In this document: one piece after another, positions 23,583-35,937 of the stretch | How the letters are laid out: each line of letters begins with the position of its first letter | Position numbering within the stretch: position 1 is the stretch's first letter | NCBI RefSeq assembly: GCF_000315625.1 | Contig: NW_005434640.1 | Span: 559,397 to 623,396 of the forward strand | DNA length: 64,000 nt | Direction of reading: 5' to 3' | Source of the DNA: Guillardia theta CCMP2712 | Taxonomy: Eukaryota; Protista; Cryptophyta | Notes under the pieces: model-generated | What the model was told of the DNA's origin: nothing | What the model saw: the letters and a program-made list of their open reading frames with translations, nothing else | The model's database searches: none | Program-made: the position numbers and the translations under genes

Positions 23583-23735
23583 AGTAATTCCTTTCATGTA
23601 GACTTTTGACGTCTGTGAGAGCTCGAGGTAGACTACCCATTGCGGGGTCTGACCGGACAAGCAGCTGTGCGGATGAATGAAGAGAGGAGCATCAGTGGTG
23701 ATGCCTCGGTACCTGCCGTCGCCCCTCATCTCCTC
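23583..23735 (-). other. Isolated exon of a DEAH-box RNA helicase C-terminal OB domain (DHX37-like)
   Basis: YRGITTDAPLFIHPHSCLSGQTPQWVVYLELSQTSKVYMKGIT followed by a gtaagg donor. It matches the DEAH OB consensus (IHPSS...PEWVVY.E...T.K.YM). Confidence 0.8.
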
Positions 23736-23835
23736 NNNNNNNNNNNNNNNNNNNNNNNNNNNNNNNNNNNNNNNNNNNNNNNNNNNNNNNNNNNNNNNNN
23801 NNNNNNNNNNNNNNNNNNNNNNNNNNNNNNNNNNN
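23736..23835. other. Assembly gap (100 N)
   Basis: Run of N. Confidence 1.
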
Positions 23836-24349
23836 ATATGTGGCCTGATCTCCAAGCAGACGTCGACATTAGAAATAGCAAAGAGCAGGTGCGCAAAGCG
23901 TCGAACAAGCCTCCATACGAGATGGAGCCTATTCCCTCTTAATAAGAGAACGTAGGAGCCGACAGAACGCCTCTTCAGAGGAGGAGGAGGAGGAGGAGGA
24001 GGAGGAGGAGGATGAAGAGGATCAAGAACTGAGAGGAGCTGAGGCGGAAGAGGGGGGCGGAGGAACTGAGGTGGGAGGAGGAGTCCGAAACTCAGTTCAC
24101 TGCGCACGGGGGCGCAACTGGCGAGGAGGTGCAATTTATTCTACATACAAGAGGGTGGGGGTGGTGGACGGCCCTCTTGAGGACAGGTACGGTAGTCCAA
24201 ACGAGCAGGTGGAGGGTGGGGTCCGAGTTTGAATGTCCCTTCTTCGTAGGGACATGAAGTTGACTTGGTCATGACCACCCGTACAACAGAGGGGGCTACA
24301 AGGGGTACCTGAGGATTGCCTTCCGACCGTCACTACAGCTGTCTGCCGT

Positions 24350-25500
24350 TTGCGTGAAAGCGTGTGACACCGTTACAGCTTGGCGTGTGAAGGCGTGTGA
24401 ACCTGAGTCAGGTGTGAAGGCGTGTGAAGGCGTGTGAAGTCAGGTGTGAAGGCGTGTGAAGGCGTGTGAAGTCAGGTGTGAAGGCGGCGTGTGAAGGCGT
24501 GTGAACTTTGAGTCAGGTGTGAAGGCGTGTGTAGGCGTGTGAACTTGAGTCAGGTGTGAAGGCGTGTGAAGGCGTGTGAAGGCGTGTGAAGTCAGGTGTG
24601 AACTGAGGCGGCGTGTGAAGGCGTGTGAACTTGAGTCAGGTGTGAAGGCGTGTGAAGGCGTGTGAACTTGAGTCAGGTGTGAAGGCGTGTGAAGGCGTGT
24701 GTAGGCGTGGCGTGTGAAGTCAGGTGTGAACTGAGGCGGCGTGTGAAGGCGTGTGAACTTGAGTCAGGTGTGAAGGCGTGTGAAGGCGTGTGAACTTGAG
24801 TCAGGTGTGAAGGCGTGTGAAGGCGTGTGTAGGCGTGGCGTGTGAAGTCAGGTGTGAACTGAGGCGGCGTGTGAAGGCGTGTGAAGGCGTGTGAAGTCAG
24901 GTGTGAACTTCGGAAGGCGTGTGAAGGCGTGTGAAGGCGTGTGAAGTCAGGTGTGTCGGAAGGCGGCGTGTGAAGGCGCCGGTGTGAACTTCGGAGTCAG
25001 GTGTGAAGGCGTGTGAAGGCGTGTGAACTTGAGTCAGGTGTGAAGGCGTGTGAAGGCGTGTGTAGGCGTGTGAAGTCAGGTGTGAACTGAGGCGGCGTGT
25101 GAAGGCGTGTGAAGGCCGGGCGGCGGCGTGTGAAGTCAGGTGTGAAGGCGTGTGAAGGCGTGTGAGGCGTGTGAAGGCGTGAGAAGTCAGGTGTGAACTC
25201 GGAAGGCGTGTGAAGGCGTGTGAAGGCGTGTGAACTCGGAAGGCGTGTAAAGTCACTGAGTCATGTGTGAAGCCTGAAGGCGGCGTGTGAAGGCGTGTAC
25301 GGTCAGTGTGACTCACTGCCGTGAAGTCAGTGTGAAAGGCGTGTGAAGGCGTGTCACAGTGTGAACTCCGAAGGCGTGTGAAGTCAGGTGTGAAGGCGTG
25401 TCACGGAAGCGTGACGGATCGGACGGGCGTGTGACTCGGACTCTGACTCAGTGAGACACTGATGTGACAGTCGGACAGTGAAGACATGTCAGTGTGAATG
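24350..25500 (+). repeat. Modular GTGTGA-anchored minisatellite with a 128-bp higher-order repeat
   Basis: Units gtgtgaaggc, gtgtgaagtcag, gtgtgaacttgagtcag and gtgtgaactgaggcggc. Identical 128-bp blocks start at 24596 and 24724, with a partial third at 24852. Confidence 0.95.
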
Positions 25501-26265
25501 ATGAGCCTCGGAGACGGTATGATGGCCGCGGACTCAACAGCTAGAGCCGCGCGGTGGCAGTCCACAGGGCCAAGCGGGAGTCCGATCAGTCACCGCTGGG
25601 TTGACAGCAGTGCGGCGCCTCGGCCTCCGAGTCGAGTCGGAGGCTCGGAGGGCTGCAGCAGTGCGGCCCCCCCGGAGCACCGTTTGCCTGGCAGACTGAC
25701 TCAGTGAGTAGCAGAACGTCGGCCCCCGGACTGAAAATGTTCGATATTCAGAGAGTAAGGGGGCTCCGAGCCTCGGAGGGAACAAGTAACCACCGCCAAG
25801 CCTTGTCGCCTTGGTAAACATATTCCGACAAAACTTCTCGCGAGTTAGCAGCCTCGGCCCTGACTCTGAGATAACTCGGAACTTGGGGAAGGAGAATGTA
25901 ACTTATGTGATGGCGACTGATCAACACTGTGATCGGATTCGATCCCAGGCACTTGAGTATCAAATATGCCTGTTGAATTATTACAAACCAGGTTAACTTT
26001 CAGTACAAATGTTTACTCAACGGTCTAACGACATTCTATTTCGGGCTACTCCCACTACCAGGCAGAATGAACGTGGAGTACCAGTTTGGGGGTCAGATTG
26101 GTCCTGGGGGGAACATCTGTCCTCCAGCCGATGTCCTGGTACAAAATATAACTATGATTTATATAATACAGTACCAGTATTTCATAATGCCTGCAACTGT
26201 GGTACAAACGAGTTTTAGGACCGAGGAAATAAAAGCCCACGGACGACAAACCCAGGCACCGCAAG

Positions 26266-26650
26266 ATGGTAAGCGATCATTGGGGAGCGACTCGATGAAT
26301 GTATCCCTGCTGTACTCGCTTGTGCCTGCTCTCCCTCCCTGCTTGTGTAAATCTCACTATTAACGTGCTATTCGCAGTTCTCCGACATCGCCAACGTCCA
26401 GACGCTCTTCGCCTCCAGGTGGCCCCTTACCACCATCACCGATGAAACTTCAAGCAAGGAGAGCGGTTACAACTACGACTACGTTGCTGATGGCAATGCC
26501 GGAGCTGTCTGGAACTACGGATCCGACTTCGGCGGAGGATCTGACAGTCCCAGCGATCACAAGATCTTCGGTAAGTTCGGAGTGACCGACAGTGCCTACA
26601 GCAACATCAAGCTCTGCCCTGGCACCGCCGGCGCCTCCTGCTCTGGATAA
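26266..26650 (+). CDS. Small 91-aa Gly/Ser/Asp/Tyr-rich protein; coding exon 1 is ATG only (26266-26268), exon 2 is 26378-26650
   Basis: aagATG|gtaagc...ttcgcag|TTC TCC GAC... is open for 90 codons to TAA with strongly C-ending codons: MFSDIANVQTLFASRWPLTT...GYNYDYVADGNAGAVWNYGSDFGGG...KLCPGTAGASCSG. Confidence 0.75.
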
Positions 26651-27699
26651 GCGTTGCCTACGTGCAAGTAATCGCGTTGGAAATGCGATGTGAACATGAA
26701 TAAACGTGTTCTATTCTTATTCATACCCGATGAGTCAGCACCAATTCACCAAGTCAATCGAAGATCCGGTGTTTTCCCTTACACACGATTTGATGACTGA
26801 CAGGGCCAAGCATGCACACAACAGTCAGAGAGATGCTACCACCCTTCCTCATCCTATGAACTCGTTGTCCCCTGAACCCATCATTTCGTCCTACACACGA
26901 AGATAGGATACGGCTTTCTAGCAGCTCTGCCCCTACAACATCAAATGTAAAATTTGTTTGCTTCTGCCTGGCAACAAGCCTCAATATCTATCAATCTACG
27001 TAGCCTTCTTGTCAAGTCCCAAAACTTCAACAATGCATTTGAATCCGTCCCCGTTCTGTTCTGCGTATGCAGAATGTCTGAGGTAATGCAGAAACTCATA
27101 AAATAGATCAGTCCCTCTTCCATCGAGTGTATTGCGCATATATTCTAATATCATCCCAATATCATTACATCATGTGAAGTGGGAAAAAGTACTGTCTCTC
27201 TATTTTCACCAGGCATGTGCTAAACTGGTTTTGACTCTGTGTGCTAAGAAGAGGAAGCTTGTTCTCAAAGCTTGGCTGGTCCCCAATGTCTGTTCTATAC
27301 AACACCAGCTATCATTTCAATTCTTATTTGACAGACATCTGACATTCCAAAAGCCAGTGATGGCGGTCTCGATAGCACATCAACAGAACAAGCGTGCTAT
27401 CAAGCTGCTTCGAGCTTTCAGCAGAGACGTTCTACTAGCGAGGGCCTCAGTAGGGCCTGATGATGCGAATCATGAATGATGGTGGATACGGCAGGAGAAG
27501 CTCGCGATCATAACAGGAAGTCAGATGTGTCTTGACCCAGGTAGCAGCCTTTGCCATCTGATAGGTACGGTAGGGATCATATCGGATCGACTGAGTTTAG
27601 TCTCCCCGCTTGTACAGTTTCCTAGGAAAAGCAGCCGCTGAGCCGGGACTTGTTGCGCCAGCTCAAGGCAAAGGTAAGCCAGACTCTTGTGAGCCCAGT

Positions 27700-27945
27700 G
27701 ATGATCGCGTGACTCTGCTGAAGCAACCGGTCCCGGCCCGGCGGAACTTATTGAAAAGTTCGGAACTTATTGAAAAGTTCGGAACTTTACAACCTCACTC
27801 ACTGACCGACTCGTCACTGAAGTGACTCCGGGCGCGGCAGATCTATCTATCATAGAGTCTGGCTACGGTAGACCCGTGCTGTCTTTTGATCTGCTCCTAT
27901 GTAATAGATGGGGCGGGCCCATCTACACCTTCCGGGATCCGGCCT
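27700..27945. promoter_or_regulatory. Class A island upstream of the JmjC gene, containing a 19-bp tandem repeat
   Basis: ccggtcccggcccggcgg, cactgaccgactcgtcactgaagtgactccgggc and (cggaacttattgaaaagtt)x2 at 27742. Confidence 0.5.
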
Positions 27946-27949
27946 GGCC

Positions 27950-30251
27950 ATGGCGATGGTGGAAATTGCGCGATGGTGGAGGTGAGAGAAGAACCGAGAG
28001 GAGAGGAAGAGAGGGTTCAAGAAGATGAGCACTGATATCAGAGTGTAGAGAATTCAAGAAGAGAAAGCACTGATATCAGAATGTAGAGGAAGGGAATGAG
28101 TTGCTACTGCTGTTGATGTTGTTTTGTTTGGTTGCCCTCGACCGCTGTTAAACTTGCAGCAGGCAGAAGCAGAGAAGTGATCCTCAGGTCTCGTCAAGAC
28201 TCTTGTCACCATGCGTTCTGCAAGCCAAACCTCGCACACAGCTGGTGCAGGTCTCAAGGACGAGAGAGTGCGTCTCGTGGATGAGGAAGAGAATCGCCGA
28301 GCTCGAGGAGGAGATCGCCGCGAGCTCTAGGAAACCGTCGCTGACTGACTTGCTGGGCTTGTTGGGGTCCTTCCAGTTTCTTTGCGGGGACCTGACGGAG
28401 GCGAAGCTCTCATATACGCGAGCAGTAAGCCTGGAAGAAAAGGCGCTGGGAGGAGGCCTGGGAGGACGCAAGTTTGCAGCAGCACTAGCGAGAGTGACGA
28501 GACAGATAGAGGCAGATCAAACTGTGGCATCCGTTCGACCAAGTTCGGAGGTCTTCAGCGAGGAGCCCTTGGTCTTGCAAAACATCGAAAGGCGAGACGG
28601 AACGAAACTTGGCTACATAGAGTTCATGAGCGAGTACGCGGACAAGGGAGTTCCGGTGTGGCGAAGAAAAAGACATAGATCGCAGCTGACACTGTGCGAT
28701 GTTGCTCAGGTCATTCTCACAGGATTGTTTGAAGCCGGCATGTTTGTGAGGGGCGCCTGGAGTTTCGACAGGCTGCAAGAGGAACTGGGCAACAAGCTGA
28801 TTGTTCCTCGGCGGCGAGTGGTGAGAAGGAGAAGGGAGGGAAATCAGTGAGGGGGGTGACAACCTGCAGGAGGATTCACCCGATTGGGCTCATCTCGAAG
28901 ACTCGCAGCAGACTTCATTGTCAGAATTCTTAGAGAAAATCTCTGCAAGCAGCTGCGGTAGAGCAGCCCAGGTTTCAGAGGAGCAGACGGATTGATGTTG
29001 GAGGAGCAGAAGATTACATCTTCGACTGGAATCTTCCCGGAAATGCGCCAGACCTCGTCGATGAGTTGGTGCGTTTGTCGTAACTTGTTCGAATGCACTT
29101 CTCATGCATTCGTAACAATTAGCGGATTCCAAAGTTCTTTAGTGGAGATTTGCTTCAGGTAGTCTGCCGCTGATACCTTTCATTGCGATTCGAATCGTTT
29201 GTTTGCTTCCTAGCATCTGCCAGAAGGATCGCTGTACAGGGAGGCATGGCCATCGTTGTTCATCGGGCCGAAAGGTGATGATGATTCTGAATGTGGTGAT
29301 GGTGATACATGGCGATGATCGCGATTATAATGATGAGGGCGATAGAGGGGAGAAGGATGAGGACGAAAGCATCCGTCCTCTCGTACTGCTCATTCAAGGC
29401 AGTTGATTGTTTTTCCTCCGCAGGAAGCAGATCTGGGCTTCATATCGATGCTTTCGGCAGGTGACTTGTCCTCCTCCTCGACTCATCTCAGGCCTCGAGA
29501 CCCTCAGCAATTTCTGGATGGCGATGCTGCAAGGGCAAAAGGAGTGGACCATCTTCAATCGTGAGGACGCCAGTCTTCTCGGACCATCGTACCAGGTACG
29601 AGGAGGGAGGGGAGCCGAGGCCTGACGGATCTATTGTAAGATCTCGTTGGACCCCACGTTTGCAGCTGAGAGGGACCTCGCTCATGCTCCCACGGGGACT
29701 TCGGTGCGTCGTGTAGGTTGAACATGACAAGGAGTCTCTTAAACCAGGTGCCAGGAGCCCAGAAAGCATGCTCTTTGGCGAGCAAGGGGCTGGCGATCTC
29801 TGCTCAGTGCAGGAGAGGTTACAAGATTGTGTCAAGGTTTCTCCTCCCACTCCTCCTGGCAGGTACTTTTCGTGCCTGCAGGGAGCCCACATGCAGTGAA
29901 CAACGTAACGGCGACGCTTGCTATCTCTGCCAACTACATTGACACCTCCAACCTGGAAAGGTGCAGCTGCAACTTCCATCCACATAGAGTTTCACATGCA
30001 CACAGAGCACTGGAAGAGCTTGACCTGATAGCTGCCGAAGATCCACGTATCATGTGCTTGCTGTGATGGGCGATTGATTTGACTTTCATCCATGTGTAGG
30101 AGCTGTGTGCGTTCTGGAGCACCTAAGTCGATTTCGAGGCGGGAAACACGATCATGAGCATGAGAAGCAGCTCTTTGCATCATGGTCAGAATTCAAGAGA
30201 TCTCAGAGCAAGAAGAGCCGAAATGGTCCGCTAGGAAGTACAACTGACTGA
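27950..30251 (+). CDS. JmjC 2OG/Fe(II) dioxygenase (JMJD4/JMJD6-like) with N-terminal TPR-like helices
   Basis: GVPVILTG, YIFDW, IPKFFSGDLLQ, WPSLFIGPK.GSRSGLHID (HxD), NFWMAMLQGQKEW and FVPAGSPHAVNN...AISANYID. Confidence 0.9.
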
Positions 30252-30359
30252 CACACTTCCTACCCCAAAAGATTTCTAGCACACTTCGTATCACAAAAAT
30301 CAGTCTACACATCCGCTCCGTCACGTCATGGCGAATAATTTGTGCAAGTTATTGGAGAG

Positions 30360-31149
30360 CTACTTTACAAAGTTCAGCATCACAGGATATCCCATCTCAC
30401 TAGAAGCTTTTGGTGGCGGATAGTCAGGCCAAACTTTTCGAACCTGCCCAACGAGTGAGAAAAGTGATCGAACGAGACCAGGAACGGCATAGAGAGGTTG
30501 CAGCCGTTAAGTGAGAAGCAAGAGAAGTTGTAGGAAGTGTAGCAGTGAGAGGGAGCAAGACAGACGTTGGTCTTACCAACGTGGGATCATCAAGCAGATC
30601 GTCTTCGGGCAACCAGATTGCAGGAGAGTCTGGGCCGTAGTTGATGGGTCCAGGAAATGGACAATTCCACCTGAATGATTGAAGTCAGCGAGCGTACAGA
30701 GCAGAAGATACAAGACTGCACCTGTGCTCTTCCTGGCACTGCTCGCCGATAATGGCAAGTGGACTGGGATCAGCGTACGCTTCCGGCGAGGTATCGACTC
30801 CGCCATAACCGCAATGAGGGTCATCCGGAGGGCACACCAACATCTGATCTCGGTCAGCGAAACGATGACGGCGAGACGTGATCGACCGTGAGAGGAACAA
30901 GAACTTGTCTGCCTCGCCGCATGTTCGGCCTCGCCCTCACCAGCCACATGGGCTTGGCAAGCTCATACTGTATGAGGGCTGTCTGCTTGAAGGAAAGAAC
31001 AAGCAGGTAAGCAAGAGATCACGCCCGTCCCCTTCCTCTCTCACCTTGGACTTGCGCCATGAGGACGAAGTTATCGCTACCAGCACAAGCACACCCGCCG
31101 CCATCGCCAGACACCTCGCTACCCATGTCGCATCTGTGACCATTCGCAT
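30360..31149 (-). CDS. Small single-pass/secreted Pro- and Cys-containing protein (multi-exon)
   Basis: N-terminal hydrophobic span CLAMAAGVLVLVAIT. Spliced exons give LVCPPDDPHCGYGG...EQCQEEHRWNCPFPGPINYGP...VWPDYPPP..NFVK*. Confidence 0.6.
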
Positions 31150-31169
31150 GTTGCCCTCCTCCGATCATC

Positions 31170-31300
31170 CTGTGTAGTCTAACCCCACCCTTGACACTCC
31201 CCACCCCTTTGCTTTTGAATACCCCCTGGATCACCCAATCGTCACATATGAAGAAAGGGGTGATATGAGTCTAGGGTACCTGTACACCCCCTCCAGAAAT
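31170..31300. promoter_or_regulatory. Compact class B island filling a ~230-bp divergent promoter
   Basis: ctaaccccaccc, ataccccc and agggtacctgtacaccccc lie between ATGs at 31149 (-) and 31377 (+). Confidence 0.55.
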
Positions 31301-31376
31301 AATCATCACCCCTCCCTTCCCCGTCCTTTTCGCCCTCCTCCCCCCACTGACCTTTTAACGGCTGCTGCATCGCATC

Positions 31377-34300
31377 ATGGCGGCGATGGCGGAGGAGCTC
31401 AAGAAGCGGGTGGAGGAAGAGAGGTGAGGGAGGGGACAGGCGGAAGAGCGACGACATGAGGAGAGAAAGCGGCGCAAGGGAGCATCAAGGGAGGAGGGTA
31501 TCAAGTTTCAGCTCTGACACGCTTCGAGCAGCATTGATGATCGAGAGTTTCTGGCGGAGAAGGTGTATCCGCGACTCATGCCTGTGCTGATAGAGGTGAT
31601 AGCACAAGACGCGCGTAGAGGCCCTGATGCCTTCACAGCTTTGTCAGCGAGTTGAGCACAAGGAAAACTTCGACAGCTTGCAGGCGGAGAAGGAGGGAGG
31701 GGAGAGAGGGGCAGGCTTCAACCCGATCCGATGGCTGGCAGGTGGGTCAGAGGGAGGGTAAGGAAGGTGATGAGATCACTGACGAGGCTGAAGAGCACCT
31801 CATGAGAAATCGTCGCTCCTCCATCATGGCAGACAACCAAGAATACATGGAGAGCTTGCAGAGGTGCTGCATGCAAGTCAGGCGCTGCTGATTAAGTTAC
31901 AGGGATGCAGAGAAGATCCGAGAGAAACGAGAGCGACTGGAGGCGGTTGCGAGGGAGAAGCGAGCACTTGAAGAAGAGGAGAGCCGGTGCTCTTGCTTTC
32001 TTGCGTGTATGCAGGTTTCATGGTGCTGTGCAGCAAACAAGAAGATGAACGGAACATGGCGGCAGAGAATGAAAGGAGAGAGCTGGAAGCCAAGCTGAAG
32101 TCGCAGGTTTGGCCGAGGAGGAGCGTTGCTGTTCCTCAAGCAGGGGTGCAGGCAGAGAAAGAAGAGGAGGAGTGGAACAAGAGCGTCTTGTCGGGAGTGA
32201 AGAGCGCTGCAGGAGTGAAGTACCAAGACGAGGCCCTGAGGTCTTCTCCTCCTCTCCTCTCTTCTCCTCCTCCCTTCTCCTGCTCTCCTCTCTCCTCCTC
32301 CTCTACTCTGCTCTCCTCTTGTGTTGTCCTGCCATGTCCTGTCCTGTCCTGTCCTGTCCTCCTCTTATTCTGCTCACTCGGTTCACTCTTTGTCCAGCCT
32401 CTCAGAAAGCATACATCAGCTCGTCTCGTCCACGAGCTTCAGTACTGGTTGGCGCTGGCGGTTGCGGCCCCTGACCTGCTGCAGATTCAATGGAGGAATT
32501 GCGTCATACGCAGGAGACGATGCTCAAGGAGATCTGTGCGTTCTTGGTCAAGCGAACCAACGCCTCCTTCGTTGCTGTGCTTTCTCAGCTCGTCCGATCG
32601 TTTCATGATGCTGTTCCGCAGGTGGCACGCCTAGAGGATAGCGACACCCTACACTACAAGGTTGCAGCGGACAAGAAGGACGTCATCGTTGATCATGACG
32701 GTGCTGCTGTGCTGCTGCTGGTGGTGGTGGTGATGGTGGTGGTGATGATGATGATGATGATGGATGTGAAGGGTTGTGTGCATTATGGGAGCTGATGACA
32801 GTCTTGTGATGTGTTTCTTGTGTTTCAGAGGACGGGAACGAGGAGAATGTCGAACACAAGGAGGCTCCTCAACCTGAGATCACCGTCCGAAATCTCCCGC
32901 CCATGGACGACGACATGGCCTACGTGTTGAGAAGGGTGAGGAGAGGAGGGATGAGCGACGTCGGAGTGAGGAGTGAGCAGGGGAACGGGATCACCTTCGA
33001 GAGGGTCGTCGACCTCAACAAGGGCCTCTGCGTGACCGACGTGAAGTTTGTAGAGGGCATGTTCTTCTTCGACCAGAAGCGGCAGGGGACGTACCTTGCT
33101 GTTCCCATCCGAAGCGGCAAGAAGGTCGTCGGCATCATCAGCGCAGACACTCTCGACTCTCTCATCGAGGCCGAGCTGAAAGACTTTGAGATCCCTCAGT
33201 GAGCGGAACGATGAGAGTAACGCCTGTGAGCTGACGGCCGCGCCTTAGGTTCATGTCAGCAGCTTTCATCCTCTCCGCCTTCATGGAGCGATCGGAGCTT
33301 TTGTACAGAAATCAAATCTTGAAGAGAAGGAAGGAGAGTCTGACTGTCATGTCGAAACGAGCAAACACGCTACCTGATGACATGGCGCAAGAGATTGTCA
33401 GCTCCATACAGGAGATGCTTCCTGCCTGCTCTTGTTGTGTCGGAGTCTGCAACTTGACATCTCAGATCCTCGTCTTGAGCTCGTCGGGTCCCTCATGGCA
33501 AGGGACTTGCAACGGAGTGGTCGACGAGACGAAAGAGGAGCACGGGCTGATGATGAAAGCTGTTGCCAGCAAGCTCCTGGTGAGCTCTGCCGTGAGCTGT
33601 TGACATCTGACGGTCCGCCAGGAGGTGAAGACGCGGGAGGAGAGCGTCGAAGAAGTTGCGATTCCCATCCTCGACGAGCAGAAAGTCACCGCGGTCGTCC
33701 ACGTCAAGAGCGCGCCAGGCTCGAGCATCCCGCAGTTCTTGATCGACTTTCAGACGAGCATGAGCAGCGTCGTCGCCTCGGTCCTCCTGTCCCCTGCTAG
33801 GAGCGCCAAGCGAGTGCTCAGCATCATCGCAGCAGCTGCGGTAGGAGACCCCAAGAACCTGTTCCAGCATGCCGCCGCCATCTGTCGCTGGCACTCGTCT
33901 TCATCTTCCATCAAGATCGTCGCGAAGCATGGCCCCGACTCGCTCAGGATCTTGTTCGAGGAAGAGGAGACTGACAGCAACGTCATCGAGCGATCGAGCA
34001 TCCCAGCCTGCGAGGAGGCGACCAGGTCTCGAGCTGTCAGCTTCGACGGGACCTCCGTTGTTGTGCCTCTCATGCACAAGGAGGATGATCGAACCCCCTA
34101 TGGGCTGATCTTGGCCAAGACCAGCAGCGTGAGCGAGGAGCAGATGAGCATCCTGGAGGCGATAGGAAGCGCCTTGAGCGACGCCTTCGAGGTGGAGTCG
34201 CTTCTCGTGTTCGTCCCTCACCCTCCTCCAGGTTGTTGAGTTTCGCCGTAAGATGAGCATCGCCAGCGTCACCGCGCTCGAGGCTCTGCTCAAGAAGCTG

Positions 34301-35035
34301 CCCAAGCTCCGAGGCGCTTGCCTCTCCTTCCCCGACAGCTGCGGCTTCAACATCGTCGCCCGCGTTCTCGGCAGCTTCTCTCACCCGGTGGTGGTGGGGG
34401 AGCGTCTGCAGAACTTCAAGGCGTTTCAGAAGGTGGCGGTGGCGCGCGAGGGCTGTGCTGCTGTCGGAAACATCTTGGTGGCTGGGGAGGAGCTGGAGCA
34501 GACGCAAGTGAACTTCCACGAGGAGACTCCGCTCGTGACGCTCAGCAGCTTCGCCGACATCCTGTGCACGGTGGCGGAGAGAATCCGATGGGAGAAGATG
34601 AGGGTCGATCGGACAGACGCGGAGCTGAGGGAGGGGGAGGAGATGCTGCTGCAGCACTTCAACGTGTGCAGGTTCGACATGCAGACCGAGCGCGCGATCC
34701 AAGACATCGGCATGATCTACATCGATAATATCAGAGAGTCTCTCCACCCCAATGAGCTCGGCGCTTGCATCTTCCAGGCGATCATGTACATCCTGGGGCA
34801 CCAGCAGCGAGACGTGTCGCAATGGAAGCGCTGCAGGAAGCTCATCACTCACCATCTCTTCAAGGAGATGAAGATGATCGACATCCGCGCGCCTCTCACT
34901 GTCCACAAGCTCAAACTGGCGCGCGAGAGAATCTCCGCTCTCTCCGCCGCTGACATCGCCATGGAGGCAGGGCCACATGCGCTGCAGCTGTGGAAGTGGG
35001 TGCTGATGATTCTAGAAATACAAGGGGTGGAATAG
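31377..35035 (+). CDS. EFCAB5-like protein: Dpy-30/RIIa-like N-terminus, GAF-like domains, helical C-terminus (probably ciliary)
   Basis: EFLAEKVYPRLMPVL...FNPIRWLA; GITFERVVDLNKGLCVTDVK...FFF...GTYLAVPIRSGKKVVGIISADTL (GAF-like, resembles EFCAB5); IFQAIMYIL...WKRCRKLI. Confidence 0.65.
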
Positions 35036-35156
35036 AAAGTTTATCATTGTACATGAGATCACGAGGAGAAAGAGAACTGGCTGGGAGGGAGGGAGGAAGG
35101 GAGAGAGAGGGAGGAGGAGGAGGAGGAGGAGAAGGCCTTGGCTCATTCCACGAGCA

Positions 35157-35937
35157 TCAAGCTTGCAGCAGGTCGAAGTCGTCGACTGCGTCGTTGTACT
35201 TCATCACCTTCCTGCGGATCTTGGAGGAGTCAACCCAAGTGATGAAGTCCTCCATCGATCGCGTGACATGGAAGGCTGGATCCGTGACAACCTCGGGCCC
35301 TGCCACCATCATCGTCATCGTCATCATCCTTACACAGCACAACACCATCGTCAAGAAACGTCAAGGGCTCCAAAGGATCAATTAGAAGTAAATAAGATGT
35401 TGTTTTCAGATGCGCATCAAATTCCCAGATGTCGTCATCGCCCTTACAGCAAGCATCGTCACTATCATGTATGAAATCTCACCTATCCTAATGTGCCCCT
35501 GCTCCACGAACGTGACCGCCTCTTTGAGATTCTCACAGAACTTGAGCCGGACCAGCACCACTGGCAGCCTCCTTCGGCAGAAAGCTGAAGTAGGAATCTT
35601 CTCGCACTGAAGGAGACTCTTCTTAGTCGAGATCAGCCCCATGTTGTAAAGTTTGTCGATCAGAAGTTCGGTAGTCTTCACTCTAGTTGGGTCCTTGACA
35701 TACACTTCAGAATCTTGGGACATGTTCGACACGACTTACATCTTGCCGGAGCTCTTTCAGTTTCGAGGTCAGCTTCGTGATCAACCCCGCAATCTTGTTG
35801 TACTTGTGATAATCGTCTCTATTCTGTACACGATATCTTCGCAGGATCTGGATCTCTCGAACATTCTTGTCGCTCTTCCACTGAAAGAAGTTGACTTTCT
35901 TGAGAAGCTTCTCCTCGTGATACTTCAACTGGCGCAT
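35157..35937 (-). CDS. IMP3: U3 snoRNP protein IMP3 (3 exons)
   Basis: [17 protein letters not shown]...[11 protein letters not shown]...[53 protein letters not shown]. Confidence 0.97.

Noticed and set aside
24897-25316. 139-aa SHAFTRLHTP repeat protein
   Set aside because: Antisense translation of the satellite, with no independent coding evidence.
24350-25500. CRISPR-like array
   Set aside because: There are no unique spacers; the inter-repeat pieces come from a small reused vocabulary. There are no cas genes and the context is eukaryotic.
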